A stretch of DNA of 63,432 bases, the filler included, from a bacterium (GTDB lineage: Bacteria > JAJRZV01), in the NCBI GenBank assembly GCA_024275095.1. It is 9 parts of 9 records of this genome, joined end to end, with 100 filler letters (N's around TTAATTAATTAA, not from the genome) between each part and the next. Parts side by side here need not be neighbours in the genome. Positions count along the whole stretch, not along the records: positions 1 to 13,756 come from JAJRZV010000095.1; positions 13,857 to 16,265 come from JAJRZV010000097.1; positions 16,366 to 18,204 come from JAJRZV010000098.1; positions 18,305 to 21,348 come from JAJRZV010000099.1; 5 more parts are not named here. One strand, given 5' to 3'. Under the pieces are notes generated by a model. The model saw only the letters and a list, made by a program, of their open reading frames with translations. It had not been told where the DNA came from and made no database searches. Both the position numbers and the translations under genes were made by a program. Below, in pieces: positions 9,295-19,591 of this stretch. Numbering within the stretch: position 1 is the stretch's first letter; each line of letters begins with the position of its first letter.

Positions 9295-10767
9295 ATGGGT
9301 TCTCACCTTCTTTCATGGATGACATTTTTGCCGCTTGCAGGAGCGGTACTCGTATTGCTGGTGCCGCGTTCTCGCAAGGAATTGATGAAGTGGGTTGCAT
9401 TAATATCCACTTTACCCTCACTGGGCATATCTGTTTATCTACTCACTCAGTTCAACTTTTCTTCAAGCAGTTTTCAGTTTGTGGAGAAAGGTCTCTGGAT
9501 CCCTGCTTTTAACATTCATTACTACATGGGGGTGGATGGCCTTTCCATGCCCATGGTGTTCCTTACCACCCTTCTTGTCACCATCTGCATTATAGCATCG
9601 TGGAGAATCGATACGGGACTGAAGGGGTATCTGGCCCTTTTCCTCATGCTGGAAACAGGGATGCTGGGGGTGTTTGAGGCGCTGGATTTCTTTCTCTTCT
9701 ACGTTTTCTGGGAAGTAGGACTCTTCCCCATGTACTTTATTATCGGAATATGGGGAGGGCCTCGAAAAGAGTATGCAGCCATCAAGTTCTTTCTCTATAC
9801 ACTGTTTGGCAGCGTGTTCATGCTCTTGAGCATGCTCTACATGTACTTTACAACCAATCCTCATACATTTGACCTCACTGTACTCATGCAGTCCGCTGCA
9901 GGATATCCGCTTCGTATTCAGATGATCCTTTTCGCTGCATTTTATATTGCGTTTTCCATCAAGGTGCCCGTGTTCCCCTTCCATACATGGTTGCCTGATG
10001 CTCACGTGGAAGCTCCTACCGCCGGTAGCGTTATTCTTGCAGGGATTCTTCTGAAAATGGGCACTTATGGATTGCTTCGTTTTAATTATCAGCTTCTTCC
10101 AGATGCCACCCGTGCCGCTGCTTACTTTCTCGCCGTGATGGGGACCATCAATATTGTATATGGTGCACTTGTCGCCATGGCTCAAACAGATTTCAAAAAA
10201 CTGGTGGCTTACTCCTCTATTTCTCACATGGGCTATGTATTGCTGGGGATTGCGTCTCTAACGGACCAGGGAATTATCGGCGGTACCATGCAGATGTTCA
10301 ATCACGGTGTGATCACAGCCATGCTCTTTTTGATTGTAGGTGTGATTTACGACAGGGTACATCATCGCGACCTCAACCGCTTTGGAGGCCTCGCTTCGGC
10401 AATGCCATTGTATGCAGGTATTACGAGCATTGCCTTTTTCGCGGGAATGGGTTTACCCGGGCTCAACGGATTTATTTCTGAAGCGCTCACGTTTCTCGGT
10501 GCGTTTAAGATTTACAAGATCCTCACAATTATTTCTGCAACAGGGGTGGTGCTGACAGCAGGTTACATGCTCTGGACAATGGAACGGGTGTTTCTTGGAC
10601 CCCTCAACGAAGCGTACAAGGGGATTAAAGAGATCAGCGCTCGAGAGATGCTGTGCCTGGTACCGCTGGCTGTTATCGTGGTGTTCCTGGGAATATACCC
10701 AACTCCGCTAATAGACTTAATGAAAGCGACGCTTATTGCTATCAAAGGAGGCGTACTGGGGTTCTGA
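9295..10767 (+). CDS. nuoM: NADH-quinone oxidoreductase subunit M
   Basis: FYVFWE, IKVPVFPFHTWLPDAHVEAPT, LLKMGTYG and AYSSISHMG. Confidence 0.97.
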   Translation: MGSHLLSWMTFLPLAGAVLVLLVPRSRKELMKWVALISTLPSLGISVYLLTQFNFSSSSFQFVEKGLWIPAFNIHYYMGVDGLSMPMVFLTTLLVTICIIASWRIDTGLKGYLALFLMLETGMLGVFEALDFFLFYVFWEVGLFPMYFIIGIWGGPRKEYAAIKFFLYTLFGSVFMLLSMLYMYFTTNPHTFDLTVLMQSAAGYPLRIQMILFAAFYIAFSIKVPVFPFHTWLPDAHVEAPTAGSVILAGILLKMGTYGLLRFNYQLLPDATRAAAYFLAVMGTINIVYGALVAMAQTDFKKLVAYSSISHMGYVLLGIASLTDQGIIGGTMQMFNHGVITAMLFLIVGVIYDRVHHRDLNRFGGLASAMPLYAGITSIAFFAGMGLPGLNGFISEALTFLGAFKIYKILTIISATGVVLTAGYMLWTMERVFLGPLNEAYKGIKEISAREMLCLVPLAVIVVFLGIYPTPLIDLMKATLIAIKGGVLGF

Positions 10768-10768
10768 G

Positions 10769-12238
10769 ATGACGATACTGTCCCAGATTCGATTTTTAAT
10801 CCCAGAGATTATTGTCAGTGCAGGTGCGCTTACCGCGCTGGTGGCTAATGCGCTGTTGGAGAGCAAAGAACGAATACAAACTCCCTATGTGGTTCTTGTG
10901 TCCTTTGCTACAGCCCTGTTAACGCTTGTCATTCTCGCAGCAGATGCCCCACAAAAACTGTTATGGGGCACCTATATGTTTGATGCTTATGCAGTATATT
11001 TCAAAGGATTTTTCCTGGTGCTCGGAACAGTAATTGCTCTTCTGGCAGTGCACACGCCTTCCATTAGCTCTTTGCAGTCAGGAGGAGAATTCGCTTCGTT
11101 ACTGGGTTTTTCCATTGTTGGAGCCATGGTTGCCGCCTCAGCAGGAGATTTCATTACCATGGTTGTGGCTGTCGAGACGGTGAGTATGCTGGGGTATGTG
11201 CTCGCCGGGTTTACGCGTACACGCCTCTCCAGAGAGGCTGCGGTCAAATACGTGCTTTACGGAGCATTTTCAACAGCCATATCCCTTTTTGGTATCAGCA
11301 TGATTTTCTGGGCTACCGGGCAGCTTGAATTCAAGCAGCTTTCAGCCGTGGTTCAGATAAGTCCGTACAAACAGTTCGTATTTGCGGGATTGATAATCTT
11401 TTTGACAGGACTCTTCTTCAAGGCAGCGGCTGTACCATTTCACATGTGGTCTCCTGACGTGTATCAGGGTTCTCCCACACTGGTTACAGCCTACTTTTCA
11501 GTAGGGCCGAAAGCGGCGGCTTTTGCTGTAATCGGGAGGGTCTTGCTGGACGGCTTTGCAAGACGTACGATGTCCGTTGACTGGATTGTTCCACCGGGTA
11601 TTGATTGGCCCATCGTGATCGCGGTGATTTCCGCTCTTACCATGACGGTTGGCAATCTTTCCGCTCTTTTGCAAAAAGACCTCAAACGCATGCTTGCTTA
11701 CTCTTCAATTGCACATGCAGGATACATGCTCGCAGGTTTTGCCGCCAAAAACGTAATTGGTACCTCCGGTGTACTTTACTACCTGGGTGCGTATTTGCTC
11801 ATGAACCTGGGCGCTTTCTTTGTTGTGCTCGCTGTTGAGGAGACGGGAAAGGGTACTCATCTCGACTCTATCCGCGGTCTTGGCTGGACCAGCCCTCTTG
11901 CCGGAGCCACGATGGCGATATTTCTTCTCTCTCTCACAGGGATTCCACCCTTTGCAGGGTTTGTGGGAAAACTCGTAGTTTTCGGTGCTGTTGTGAAAAG
12001 CAAGCTTTACTGGCTGGCCGTGCTGGGGGTGCTCAATAGTGTGATTTCTCTCGGGTATTACGGACTTATGCTCAAGAAAATATACCTGGAGCGCAGCGAT
12101 GAGCAGGTCATACTTCCGCGAGTGTATTCACCTGTTCTTGTGGCTCTGGCAGCCTTGACGGTTTTCCTTGGAATTTGTTTCAACCCGTTGATAGAATACA
12201 CCGCCCACGGGGCAAAGTTATTGGGGGTGCTTTTTTGA
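10769..12238 (+). CDS. nuoN: NADH-quinone oxidoreductase subunit N
   Basis: EAAVKY, FKAAAVPFHMWSPDVYQGSP, KRMLAYSSIAHAGY and GIPPFAGFVGK. ATG at 10769. Confidence 0.96.
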   Translation: MTILSQIRFLIPEIIVSAGALTALVANALLESKERIQTPYVVLVSFATALLTLVILAADAPQKLLWGTYMFDAYAVYFKGFFLVLGTVIALLAVHTPSISSLQSGGEFASLLGFSIVGAMVAASAGDFITMVVAVETVSMLGYVLAGFTRTRLSREAAVKYVLYGAFSTAISLFGISMIFWATGQLEFKQLSAVVQISPYKQFVFAGLIIFLTGLFFKAAAVPFHMWSPDVYQGSPTLVTAYFSVGPKAAAFAVIGRVLLDGFARRTMSVDWIVPPGIDWPIVIAVISALTMTVGNLSALLQKDLKRMLAYSSIAHAGYMLAGFAAKNVIGTSGVLYYLGAYLLMNLGAFFVVLAVEETGKGTHLDSIRGLGWTSPLAGATMAIFLLSLTGIPPFAGFVGKLVVFGAVVKSKLYWLAVLGVLNSVISLGYYGLMLKKIYLERSDEQVILPRVYSPVLVALAALTVFLGICFNPLIEYTAHGAKLLGVLF

Positions 12239-12606
12239 TGGGAAGTATTCCCCTTGATTTTCTGAGACTTGCTTTCTGGATTCTTGTTGTTCTTGCCATT
12301 ACAGCAGGAATGCTTGTTTTAACTCACCTGTTGGGTCCGCGCAGGCCTGACCCGACAAAAAGTTCTCCGTATGAGTGTGGTTTTCCGCCTTTTCACGATG
12401 CAAGAAAGCGCCTGTCCGTACGCTTTTACACGATTGCCATGATTTTTCTCATCTTCGATGTGGAAGTGGCGCTCATTTATCCCTGGGCGGTTGTTCACAG
12501 GGACATGGGCACCCTGGGATTTGTGGAAATATTGATTTTTCTTGTAATTTTGTTTGCCGGCTATATTTATGTAATCTTGCGGCGGGCTGTTGAGGTTGAA
12601 CGGTGA
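12238..12606 (+). CDS. nuoA: NADH-quinone oxidoreductase subunit A (copy 2)
   Basis: PYECGF and [15 protein letters not shown]. The ATG overlaps the nuoN stop (TGATG). Confidence 0.93.
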   Translation: MGSIPLDFLRLAFWILVVLAITAGMLVLTHLLGPRRPDPTKSSPYECGFPPFHDARKRLSVRFYTIAMIFLIFDVEVALIYPWAVVHRDMGTLGFVEILIFLVILFAGYIYVILRRAVEVER

Positions 12607-13082
12607 GCGAAGGTTTCTTTATCAGCAAACTGGAATGGCTTATAGGGTGGGGGCGTAAGTATTCCCTGTGGCCTCTTCCTTTTGGTACTGCATGTTGCGC
12701 CATTGAGTTCATGTCATCCGTGTCCTCTCATTACGACATTTCGCGTTTTGGCGCAGAGGTGGTGCGTTTTTCACCCCGCCAGGCGGACCTGATGATTGTT
12801 GCAGGAACCATTACTTACAAGCAGGTGCCTGTGCTCAAGCGAATTTACGCTCAGATGCCCGAACCCAAATGGGTAATCGTTATGGGAAATTGTGCCTGTT
12901 CCGGCGGAATTTTCGACACCTATTCCACCCACCAGGGAGTGGACATGGAAATCCCTGTGGATGTGTACGTGACAGGATGTCCTCCGAGACCAGAGGCCTT
13001 AATTGACGCCATCGTAAAAGTTCAAGAAATGGCTCAAAGAGGCGAGTGGCATGGATCGAGAAAGCGCCAAAAAGCTGGTTGA
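12603..13082 (+). CDS. nuoB: NADH-quinone oxidoreductase subunit B (copy 2)
   Basis: [26 protein letters not shown] and GCPPRPEAL. Confidence 0.96.
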   Translation: MSEGFFISKLEWLIGWGRKYSLWPLPFGTACCAIEFMSSVSSHYDISRFGAEVVRFSPRQADLMIVAGTITYKQVPVLKRIYAQMPEPKWVIVMGNCACSGGIFDTYSTHQGVDMEIPVDVYVTGCPPRPEALIDAIVKVQEMAQRGEWHGSRKRQKAG

Positions 13083-13563
13083 AGAAGTAGCAGGAGAAGC
13101 CTTAGAGGGCTTCCTTGAGACAGGAGACGTACTCGCGGATGCTTTTGTCTCCAGGGATAAAATTGTTGATGTGCTTTTGACCTTGCGGGAAGAAAAAGGA
13201 TTCAAAATGCTTGTAGACCTGTTCGGGGTGGACCGTCGCCCCGATGAAGAACGGTTGGAGGTTGTTTATCTGCTGCTAAATCTCAAGGAAAAGGCTCGCA
13301 TTCGAATTCGCGTAAAGGTTCCTTTCGACGATCCGGTTGTCCCGTCTCTCACTCCTCGCTGGAAGGGTGCCGACTGGTTCGAGCGTGAAGCATACGACAT
13401 GTTCGGCATCGTATTTAAGGGTCATCCTGATCTTCGTCGTCTCCTCATGTGGGAGGGATTCGACGGGCATCCGCTGAGGAAGGATTTTCCGCTCAAGGGA
13501 AAATTGCTCCCTGACCAGCGTTACAGTAGAAATGACCCGCGCAGACACGGATGGGAGGCATAG
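13051..13563 (+). CDS. nuoC: NADH-quinone oxidoreductase subunit C (copy 2)
   Basis: [26 protein letters not shown]...GHPLRKDFP. Confidence 0.95.
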   Translation: MDRESAKKLVEEVAGEALEGFLETGDVLADAFVSRDKIVDVLLTLREEKGFKMLVDLFGVDRRPDEERLEVVYLLLNLKEKARIRIRVKVPFDDPVVPSLTPRWKGADWFEREAYDMFGIVFKGHPDLRRLLMWEGFDGHPLRKDFPLKGKLLPDQRYSRNDPRRHGWEA

Positions 13564-13568
13564 CAAGC

Positions 13569-13756
13569 ATGCAGTTCTGGGAAAAGGATGAAGATGGACG
13601 GATGATCATTAACGTTGGGCCGTCTCATCCGGCCATGCACGGGACACTCCGTGTGATTGTAGAACTGGATGGAGAGGTCATCCTTCGTGCAGACCCGGAA
13701 ATCGGGTATCTGCACAGGGGGGTGGAAAAACTGGCGGAACATCTCAACTATCAGGC
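13569..13756 (+). CDS. nuoD: NADH-quinone oxidoreductase subunit D (copy 2), 3' truncated by contig end
   Basis: [14 protein letters not shown] and GYLHRGVEK. Confidence 0.92.
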
Positions 13757-13856
13757 NNNNNNNNNNNNNNNNNNNNNNNNNNNNNNNNNNNNNNNNNNNN
13801 TTAATTAATTAANNNNNNNNNNNNNNNNNNNNNNNNNNNNNNNNNNNNNNNNNNNN
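13757..13856. other. Artificial contig linker
   Basis: N-run, TTAATTAATTAA (stops in all six frames), N-run; 100 nt. Confidence 0.98.
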
Positions 13857-14953
13857 AATTTGTGCTGAAAAAACCGTATGTGCCGTTTCAGACACTTGCA
13901 CTTACGCTGTACATTGTTCCAGACCCTTCCCGATGTTCATATCCACGTACAGAACCTCCCCCGGGTGCCGGAGCCTACGTGTTGGAAAAGTGGACTCCTG
14001 GAGAAGACCTTTTGCTTAAAAGTAGTCCAGTGTTTACCGGAGATGGATCAAGGCCTTCCTGCGTTGAATTTATTATCGTGGAAAACGATGTGTCCCGCGT
14101 ACTTCATTTAATGCGAGGGGAAGCGGACTATGCGATGAATGCCGTTCCACCTGATTACATCGATTACCTGAAAAAGAAAGGTTTAAAGGTGATTGAGTCG
14201 AAGGGGTTAACATACTCGTACATAGGCTTGAATCTTAAACACCCTGTACTTCGCGATGTGCGTGTGAGAAAAGCCATGGCATTTGCAATTAATCGTGCTG
14301 CTATAGTGAAAAATCTTCTCAGGGGTTATGCGACTCTGGCCAGAAGCGTGTTCCCTTCTTTTCACCCGGCTTTTGCACCGGATGCTGTAAATTATCCTTA
14401 CAATCCAACACGTGCAAGTCAACTGCTTGATGAGGCAGGGTATAAAAAGAAAGGCCGTTTCAGGTTCGTTATTGAATACAAGACCTCGCTGAACAGATTG
14501 CGTCTCCGGATAGCAAGAGTTATTGCTCAGAATCTGGAAAATGTGGGGATCGGTGTCAGTGTTCGTTCCTATGAGTGGGGCACGTTGTTTTCGGATATCA
14601 TAAAAGGGCGATTTGACATGTATTCCATGGACTGGGTGGGACTGGTGGAGCCGGACCTTCTTTATTATTTGTTCCACTCCTCGAGCAAGCCACCTGCCGG
14701 TGCAAACCGTGTGGGTTACTCGAATCCCCTTGTTGATAATTTGCTGGAAGAAGCGCGTTTTACACTTGACCCTTTCAAAAGAATAAAACTATACCGCAGA
14801 GTCCAGGAAATCCTCTCACGCGAACTCCCCTATATCAGCCTGTGGCACTGGAAAAATGTGCTTGTCCTGAACCCCCGTGTCAAAGGTGCGAAGATACATC
14901 CTGCAGGTGATTACATGAATTTCCAGGGTGTAATCCTGGAGGATGTGCAGTGA
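13857..14953 (+). CDS. Opp/Dpp-family ABC transporter substrate-binding protein, 5' truncated
   Basis: SBP family 5 motifs: LRDVRVRKAMAFAINR, YPYNPTRASQLLDEAGY and YSNPLVDNLLEEA. Confidence 0.88.
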
Positions 14954-15870
14954 AACTCGTGTATCTACGTCGCTTTATAGGAACAGTCTTTGTGATATGG
15001 GGTGCTGTTACAGCTGTGTTCCTTATTTCACGTGTATTGCCAGGTGATCCGGTCGATGTGATGCTTGGAGAGAGAGCTACAGCTGTTGAACGTGAAGCTA
15101 TGAGGCAGGCACTGGGTCTTGATAAGCCGCTCATGGAGCAATATGTGTGGTTCTTGAAGTCTCTTTCGCAGGGCCATCTGGGCAAGTCGTTTTTCTTCCG
15201 CAAGAAGGTGGAGAAAATTCTCGGGCATTATATTTTCAATACTTTCAAACTGGCTGGTTTTGCCGTTGTTGCATCACTCCCCCTTGCTTTTTTCCTGGCT
15301 TTTTTTGCAGCCCTGAGGCCGGGTGGGAAACTGGATAAAGTTGTTACATTTATTACAGCAGTATCTTTTTCGGTACCCACATTCTGGAGTGGTCCCATGC
15401 TTATCCTTTTATTTTCTATTTATCTGGGGTTGCTCCCCGTGGGTGGGATGCGGGGGGCCGAATCCATTATCCTTCCCGGACTGACACTGAGCATTCCCGT
15501 ATCTGCTGCGTTCATCCGCCACATGCGAGCGTACCTGCTTGAAGCACGAAATTCCTTTTTTACCATGGCAGCCATGGCCCGGGGGAGAAGCCTTTTTTCA
15601 GCCATGCTTACGGGGGGTTTTCTATACGCACTGATGCCGTTTATCACAATTCTGGGTCTTGAGGCTGGAAGCCTGCTCACCGGGGCGGTGATTACGGAGG
15701 CAGTATTCGCCTGGCCCGGCCTGGGACATCTGGTGGTGCTTTCCATTCAGGCACGCGATTTTCCCCTGCTTCAGGGATGTGTAATTGCCATCAGCACGGT
15801 TTACGTGGTCGTCAATCTCGTGACGGACATTCTTTACACTCTGGTGGACCCACGTGTAAGGGCTGTATAA
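14950..15870 (+). CDS. Opp/Dpp ABC transporter permease (B subunit)
   Basis: LPGDPV, GLDKPL, GAVITEAVFAWPGLG, RDFPLLQG and DPRVR. Confidence 0.93.
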   Translation: MKLVYLRRFIGTVFVIWGAVTAVFLISRVLPGDPVDVMLGERATAVEREAMRQALGLDKPLMEQYVWFLKSLSQGHLGKSFFFRKKVEKILGHYIFNTFKLAGFAVVASLPLAFFLAFFAALRPGGKLDKVVTFITAVSFSVPTFWSGPMLILLFSIYLGLLPVGGMRGAESIILPGLTLSIPVSAAFIRHMRAYLLEARNSFFTMAAMARGRSLFSAMLTGGFLYALMPFITILGLEAGSLLTGAVITEAVFAWPGLGHLVVLSIQARDFPLLQGCVIAISTVYVVVNLVTDILYTLVDPRVRAV

Positions 15871-15871
15871 A

Positions 15872-16265
15872 GTGAAGCCGACACGTTCGCTTGTAAATGT
15901 GGAACTGTATTATCTGGTATACGTGCTTCTTTTATGCGGTGTTTCGTTTGTTTTCCCTGTTGTACGAGACACAGGCATTCACATTGATAATGCCTTTCTC
16001 TCACCTTCTCTATCATTGCCTTTTGGCACGGACAGGCTGGGTAGAGATTTGTTCGTGATTTCACTGGAAGGCATTCGGAATTCTTTTATGATCGCTGTGG
16101 CTGCCACAACAATTTCGTTCTTTATCGGAACCTTTTGCGGGATACTCTCGGGTTACGCAGGAGGATTGGTTGATGCGGTGTTTATGAGAGTTCTGGAAGT
16201 GTTTCAGGCTTTCCCCGGATTTTTACTTGCACTGGCATTCGCCGCTTTTCTGGGACCTTCATTTA
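15872..16265 (+). CDS. Opp/Dpp ABC transporter permease (C subunit), 3' truncated
   Basis: PFGTDRLGRD and GYAGGLVDAVFMR. Confidence 0.9.
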
Positions 16266-16365
16266 NNNNNNNNNNNNNNNNNNNNNNNNNNNNNNNNNNN
16301 NNNNNNNNNTTAATTAATTAANNNNNNNNNNNNNNNNNNNNNNNNNNNNNNNNNNNNNNNNNNNN
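16266..16365. other. Artificial contig linker
   Basis: N/TTAATTAATTAA/N. Confidence 0.98.
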
Positions 16366-16812
16366 GTCACCGGACTTTTTAGCCACGGTAGACATGTGTG
16401 ACGGGTCCACCACGTCGAACTCCTCTTCAATGGCACAGGCCAAAAAATCGTTGTAAGCATCAGGTTTTGATAAGGGTTCCAAAAAGGTCTTGGCCTGTTC
16501 AGGTGTCCCCAGCGCATTGATAAAGTACGCAGCAGGAAGTGCAGAAAAAAGACCTCTGGTAGCCCCTGGGTCCCCCCACGCAAGTTCCTCTGCAACAACC
16601 ACGCGGTCGATCATGCTGAGACCCTGTCCCCCCACCTCTGCAGGGAACTCCATAAGAGCCAAGCCGAGTTCTGCGAAAGATTTTCTTACATCCTCGGCGA
16701 TTTCCTGAGAATCCTCAAATTCCCGCATCCTATCAAGCAACTGGTCTTGAGCAAAAGAATGCACCATGTCCACCATCAGGCGCTGTTCTTCTGTCAATTC
16801 AAATTCAACCAT
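16366..16812 (-). CDS. Acyl-CoA dehydrogenase family protein, 3' truncated
   Basis: FELTEEQRLM...FA, PAEVGGQG, EELAWGDPG and GTPEQ. Confidence 0.88.
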
Positions 16813-16958
16813 CGTTAACCCCCTTTTACTTATCTTAGTGCAAACTTGTTATTACTATAGTGATAATTTCAATACTGGTCAATGAAAACACGCAGTGTTG
16901 AAATGTAAAATGTGTTTACGTTTTGACAACTATGGTTAAAGTTTGTTAAATACCATCC

Positions 16959-17561
16959 ATGCAGAGCCATTACGTTCGGCGGGTATATGATTTTTATTCT
17001 GATTTTTATGATTTTGTGTTCGCTCCCTTCTTTCTCGCTCCTCTAAAAAAAGCCATGAAACACCTGAAATTCCCTCCGGGAGCCCGCCTTCTTGATATTG
17101 GAGTGGGGACCGGGGCGACATTGGGCTATGTCCCGGAAGATGCATGGGTGGTGGCCATAGATCTGTCAGAAGACATGCTGAAGCGGGCAAAAAAGAAATT
17201 TCCAAAAGATCGATTCTGCGTAATGGATGCTCTGAACCTGGGGTTTCAGGACGACTCTTTCCACATTGCCGTTGCGGCTTTTGTACTTACTGTCGTACCT
17301 GATCCTCAGCGAATGCTGGACGAAATGGAACGAGTGGTTAAGCCGGGAGGACAGATTCTCATTATTAACCATTTTATGAGCCGTTACACTCCCATAGCAA
17401 TTGCAGAAAGAGCACTGGACCCTGTGTGTCGGAAAATAGGCTGGAGAATGGATGTGCCCTTAGAGATTGTAACATCCAGAAAATCACTACAAATTGAGTA
17501 TGTTGTGCAGAAAAAACCCTGGATATTCTGGAAGGGAGTGGTGGCAAAAGTAAAAAAGTAA
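16959..17561 (+). CDS. Class I SAM methyltransferase, PmtA-like (phospholipid N-methyltransferase family)
   Basis: LDIGVGTG and VVPDPQRMLDEMERVVKPGG..IINHF, plus the N-terminal YD.Y..FYDFVF. Confidence 0.75.
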   Translation: MQSHYVRRVYDFYSDFYDFVFAPFFLAPLKKAMKHLKFPPGARLLDIGVGTGATLGYVPEDAWVVAIDLSEDMLKRAKKKFPKDRFCVMDALNLGFQDDSFHIAVAAFVLTVVPDPQRMLDEMERVVKPGGQILIINHFMSRYTPIAIAERALDPVCRKIGWRMDVPLEIVTSRKSLQIEYVVQKKPWIFWKGVVAKVKK

Positions 17562-17576
17562 TCTTGTCGAAGTTAT

Positions 17577-17978
17577 TCAGAAATCTTGAAAAGATTTAAG
17601 AGGGATTTTTACTCTTATATCATCGTCGTTTTCGCATATTCCATCTGGTCCACAACTGACCAGATAGTATGTATCCTCACCTCCATCGTAATACTGATAA
17701 ATCTGAAACGGCCTGCCCCAGGGGTCGAGCGAAGCCCGTCCTCCCATCACCCTAAAACTGGAATCAAGGTAAGCCTCAAGGTCATCCGGGGGGGCACCGG
17801 TACTGGAAATGTAACCCCCAATGGACAAAGCATATTTGGTCATATTTGTCTGTACGATAACGTAGTTAACGGCGTTTTTGACAAAAGCCACCTGTTTGCC
17901 AACCACCTCCACGTGAGAACTCAAAGAATAAATCAAGGCTCCGAGAGGCAAGGCACGCATAACCAGAAATTTCATCAC
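17577..17978 (-). CDS. Small protein with a GspG/T2SS-G-like C-terminal motif
   Basis: LDPWGRPF...LVSCGPDGICENDDDI; hydrophobic N-terminus. Confidence 0.55.
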   Translation of the reverse strand: MMKFLVMRALPLGALIYSLSSHVEVVGKQVAFVKNAVNYVIVQTNMTKYALSIGGYISSTGAPPDDLEAYLDSSFRVMGGRASLDPWGRPFQIYQYYDGGEDTYYLVSCGPDGICENDDDIRVKIPLKSFQDF

Positions 17979-18204
17979 GTTCGGGACTCCATCAAAGTTC
18001 TCAATCCGAGAATCAACTCCCGATCGTATGCGGTCAGCTTTTTCAACAACCCCGGAGGAACAACAAACAAATACGCATGGGAAAGTGCTCTCACTGTGGC
18101 TGTCCGGGGGGTCGAAGTGAGAAAAGCCATCTCTCCAAATATTTCCCCTTCACCCAGCACAGACAATCGCGCCTCATTTTTCAAAACTTCAACCTCACCC
18201 TCCA
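17975..18204 (-). CDS. Cyclic-nucleotide-binding domain protein, 5' truncated
   Basis: GEIFGEMAFLTSTPRTATVRA is the cNMP-binding signature. Confidence 0.85.
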
Positions 18205-18304
18205 NNNNNNNNNNNNNNNNNNNNNNNNNNNNNNNNNNNNNNNNNNNNTTAATTAATTAANNNNNNNNNNNNNNNNNNNNNNNNNNNNNNNNNNNNNNNN
18301 NNNN
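18205..18304. other. Artificial contig linker
   Basis: N/TTAATTAATTAA/N. Confidence 0.98.
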
Positions 18305-19591
18305 CGGCCGATAGGTCTTGCATTTACCCTGTACGGGCGTTTCCCGCCGGGTACCAACACGACAGAAATTGCAAGCGGGAAGTTTAACGGTGGAGGTGAT
18401 GTGAGCTTTACATGGACTCCCGTGGAAAGTCGAACGCTATTCTTACATGCTGGAGTGGGGTTTGGCTATGACGATTATTATGATGAAGGTTTTTCTCCGC
18501 AGGAAGGAATGAAGGTCGTTCCCCGTTTAAAGGGTTTTTGCGCGCTGGATTATTACTTAACCCCTAATTTTGAAATTATCGGGGAAATTACGGGCTGGCG
18601 GGTATTTACCAACGCGGATGATAATCTCAATGTATCTCTGGGTGTTCGATATGAAACAGGGTCTGGTTTTACAGTAGCGCTTGCTGCGGGTGGAGGTGTT
18701 CTGGGTGTATATCGGAGCAATGATGATGTGATATTTACCATGGGGCTTGGGTACTCATTTCGCGGAGCGAAAAAGACCAGGGGAGTAATTCGGGTCGGGG
18801 AAAAAGTGAAAGAGAAAGAGGAGAAAGTTGCGGCAGGTAAGAAAAGAGAAAAGAAGGTGAAAGTCCAGCCCCTTCCTCGAGCAAAGCCGGTAGTTGCCGC
18901 AAAAAAAATCAAAAAGATTAAGAAAAAAATACCGGCCAAGTACGCGGTACTCAATGCGTGTTCTGTTGCAGACGCCTCGGAGGAGGTTGCCAAGACGTTG
19001 ATCCTGAATGGATACGACCTCAGTTATGTGGGTGAGAGTAAAAAGAAGATGGATCGTTACACCATTATTCTCTTCAACAGGGAGCATTTGCGAGAAGCAG
19101 AGAAGGTGGCATCCCTTCTTCCCGGCAAGCAGAAAATGGTCATGAGAAGAAAACCCCGTGCTGATGGAATGATTGTAGTGTTCGCGGGTTGTGATCAGGT
19201 GCCATCTGTTAAACCAGTACCCGAGAAGAAAGCTCCTGCCCCTCCAACACCGCCACCAGCACCTGTTGCACCTTCACCACCTCCTCCGCCGAAAGTCAAG
19301 AAGTTGCCCAAGGAAGAAGTTGAAATTCGGGTTCTCAACGCATGCGGTGTGCCAGGACTTGCTAATGAAATAGGGAAGAAGCTCATACTTTCTGGGTACA
19401 TGAACCTTGTAGAAATAGGTAATGCACCAGTGAGGGGATTGAAGTCTACACGCGTCTATTACAAATATCCCTACAAAGAAGAGGCGACCGATATACTAAA
19501 ACTTTCAGGAAGTCCAGCGGGTCAGGTAATAGAGAAAAAAGACTTAGATGTGCACATTGAAATTCAGGCAGGTTGCGATTTGACACGTTGA
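18305..19591 (+). CDS. 5'-truncated envelope protein: outer-membrane beta-barrel-like region, Lys-rich linker and two LytR_C-like domains
   Basis: The frame is open from the contig start. Amphipathic beta-strands end in GLGYSF. Two domains begin VLNAC and end AGCD, separated by a Pro-rich linker. Confidence 0.65.
   Translation, partial: RPIGLAFTLYGRFPPGTNTTEIASGKFNGGGDVSFTWTPVESRTLFLHAGVGFGYDDYYDEGFSPQEGMKVVPRLKGFCALDYYLTPNFEIIGEITGWRVFTNADDNLNVSLGVRYETGSGFTVALAAGGGVLGVYRSNDDVIFTMGLGYSFRGAKKTRGVIRVGEKVKEKEEKVAAGKKREKKVKVQPLPRAKPVVAAKKIKKIKKKIPAKYAVLNACSVADASEEVAKTLILNGYDLSYVGESKKKMDRYTIILFNREHLREAEKVASLLPGKQKMVMRRKPRADGMIVVFAGCDQVPSVKPVPEKKAPAPPTPPPAPVAPSPPPPPKVKKLPKEEVEIRVLNACGVPGLANEIGKKLILSGYMNLVEIGNAPVRGLKSTRVYYKYPYKEEATDILKLSGSPAGQVIEKKDLDVHIEIQAGCDLTR

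Noticed and set aside
9463-10227. 254-aa minus-strand ORF, and similar antisense ORFs such as 4117-4725 and 17586-18260
   Set aside because: They overlap well-supported genes on the opposite strand and show no domain signal.
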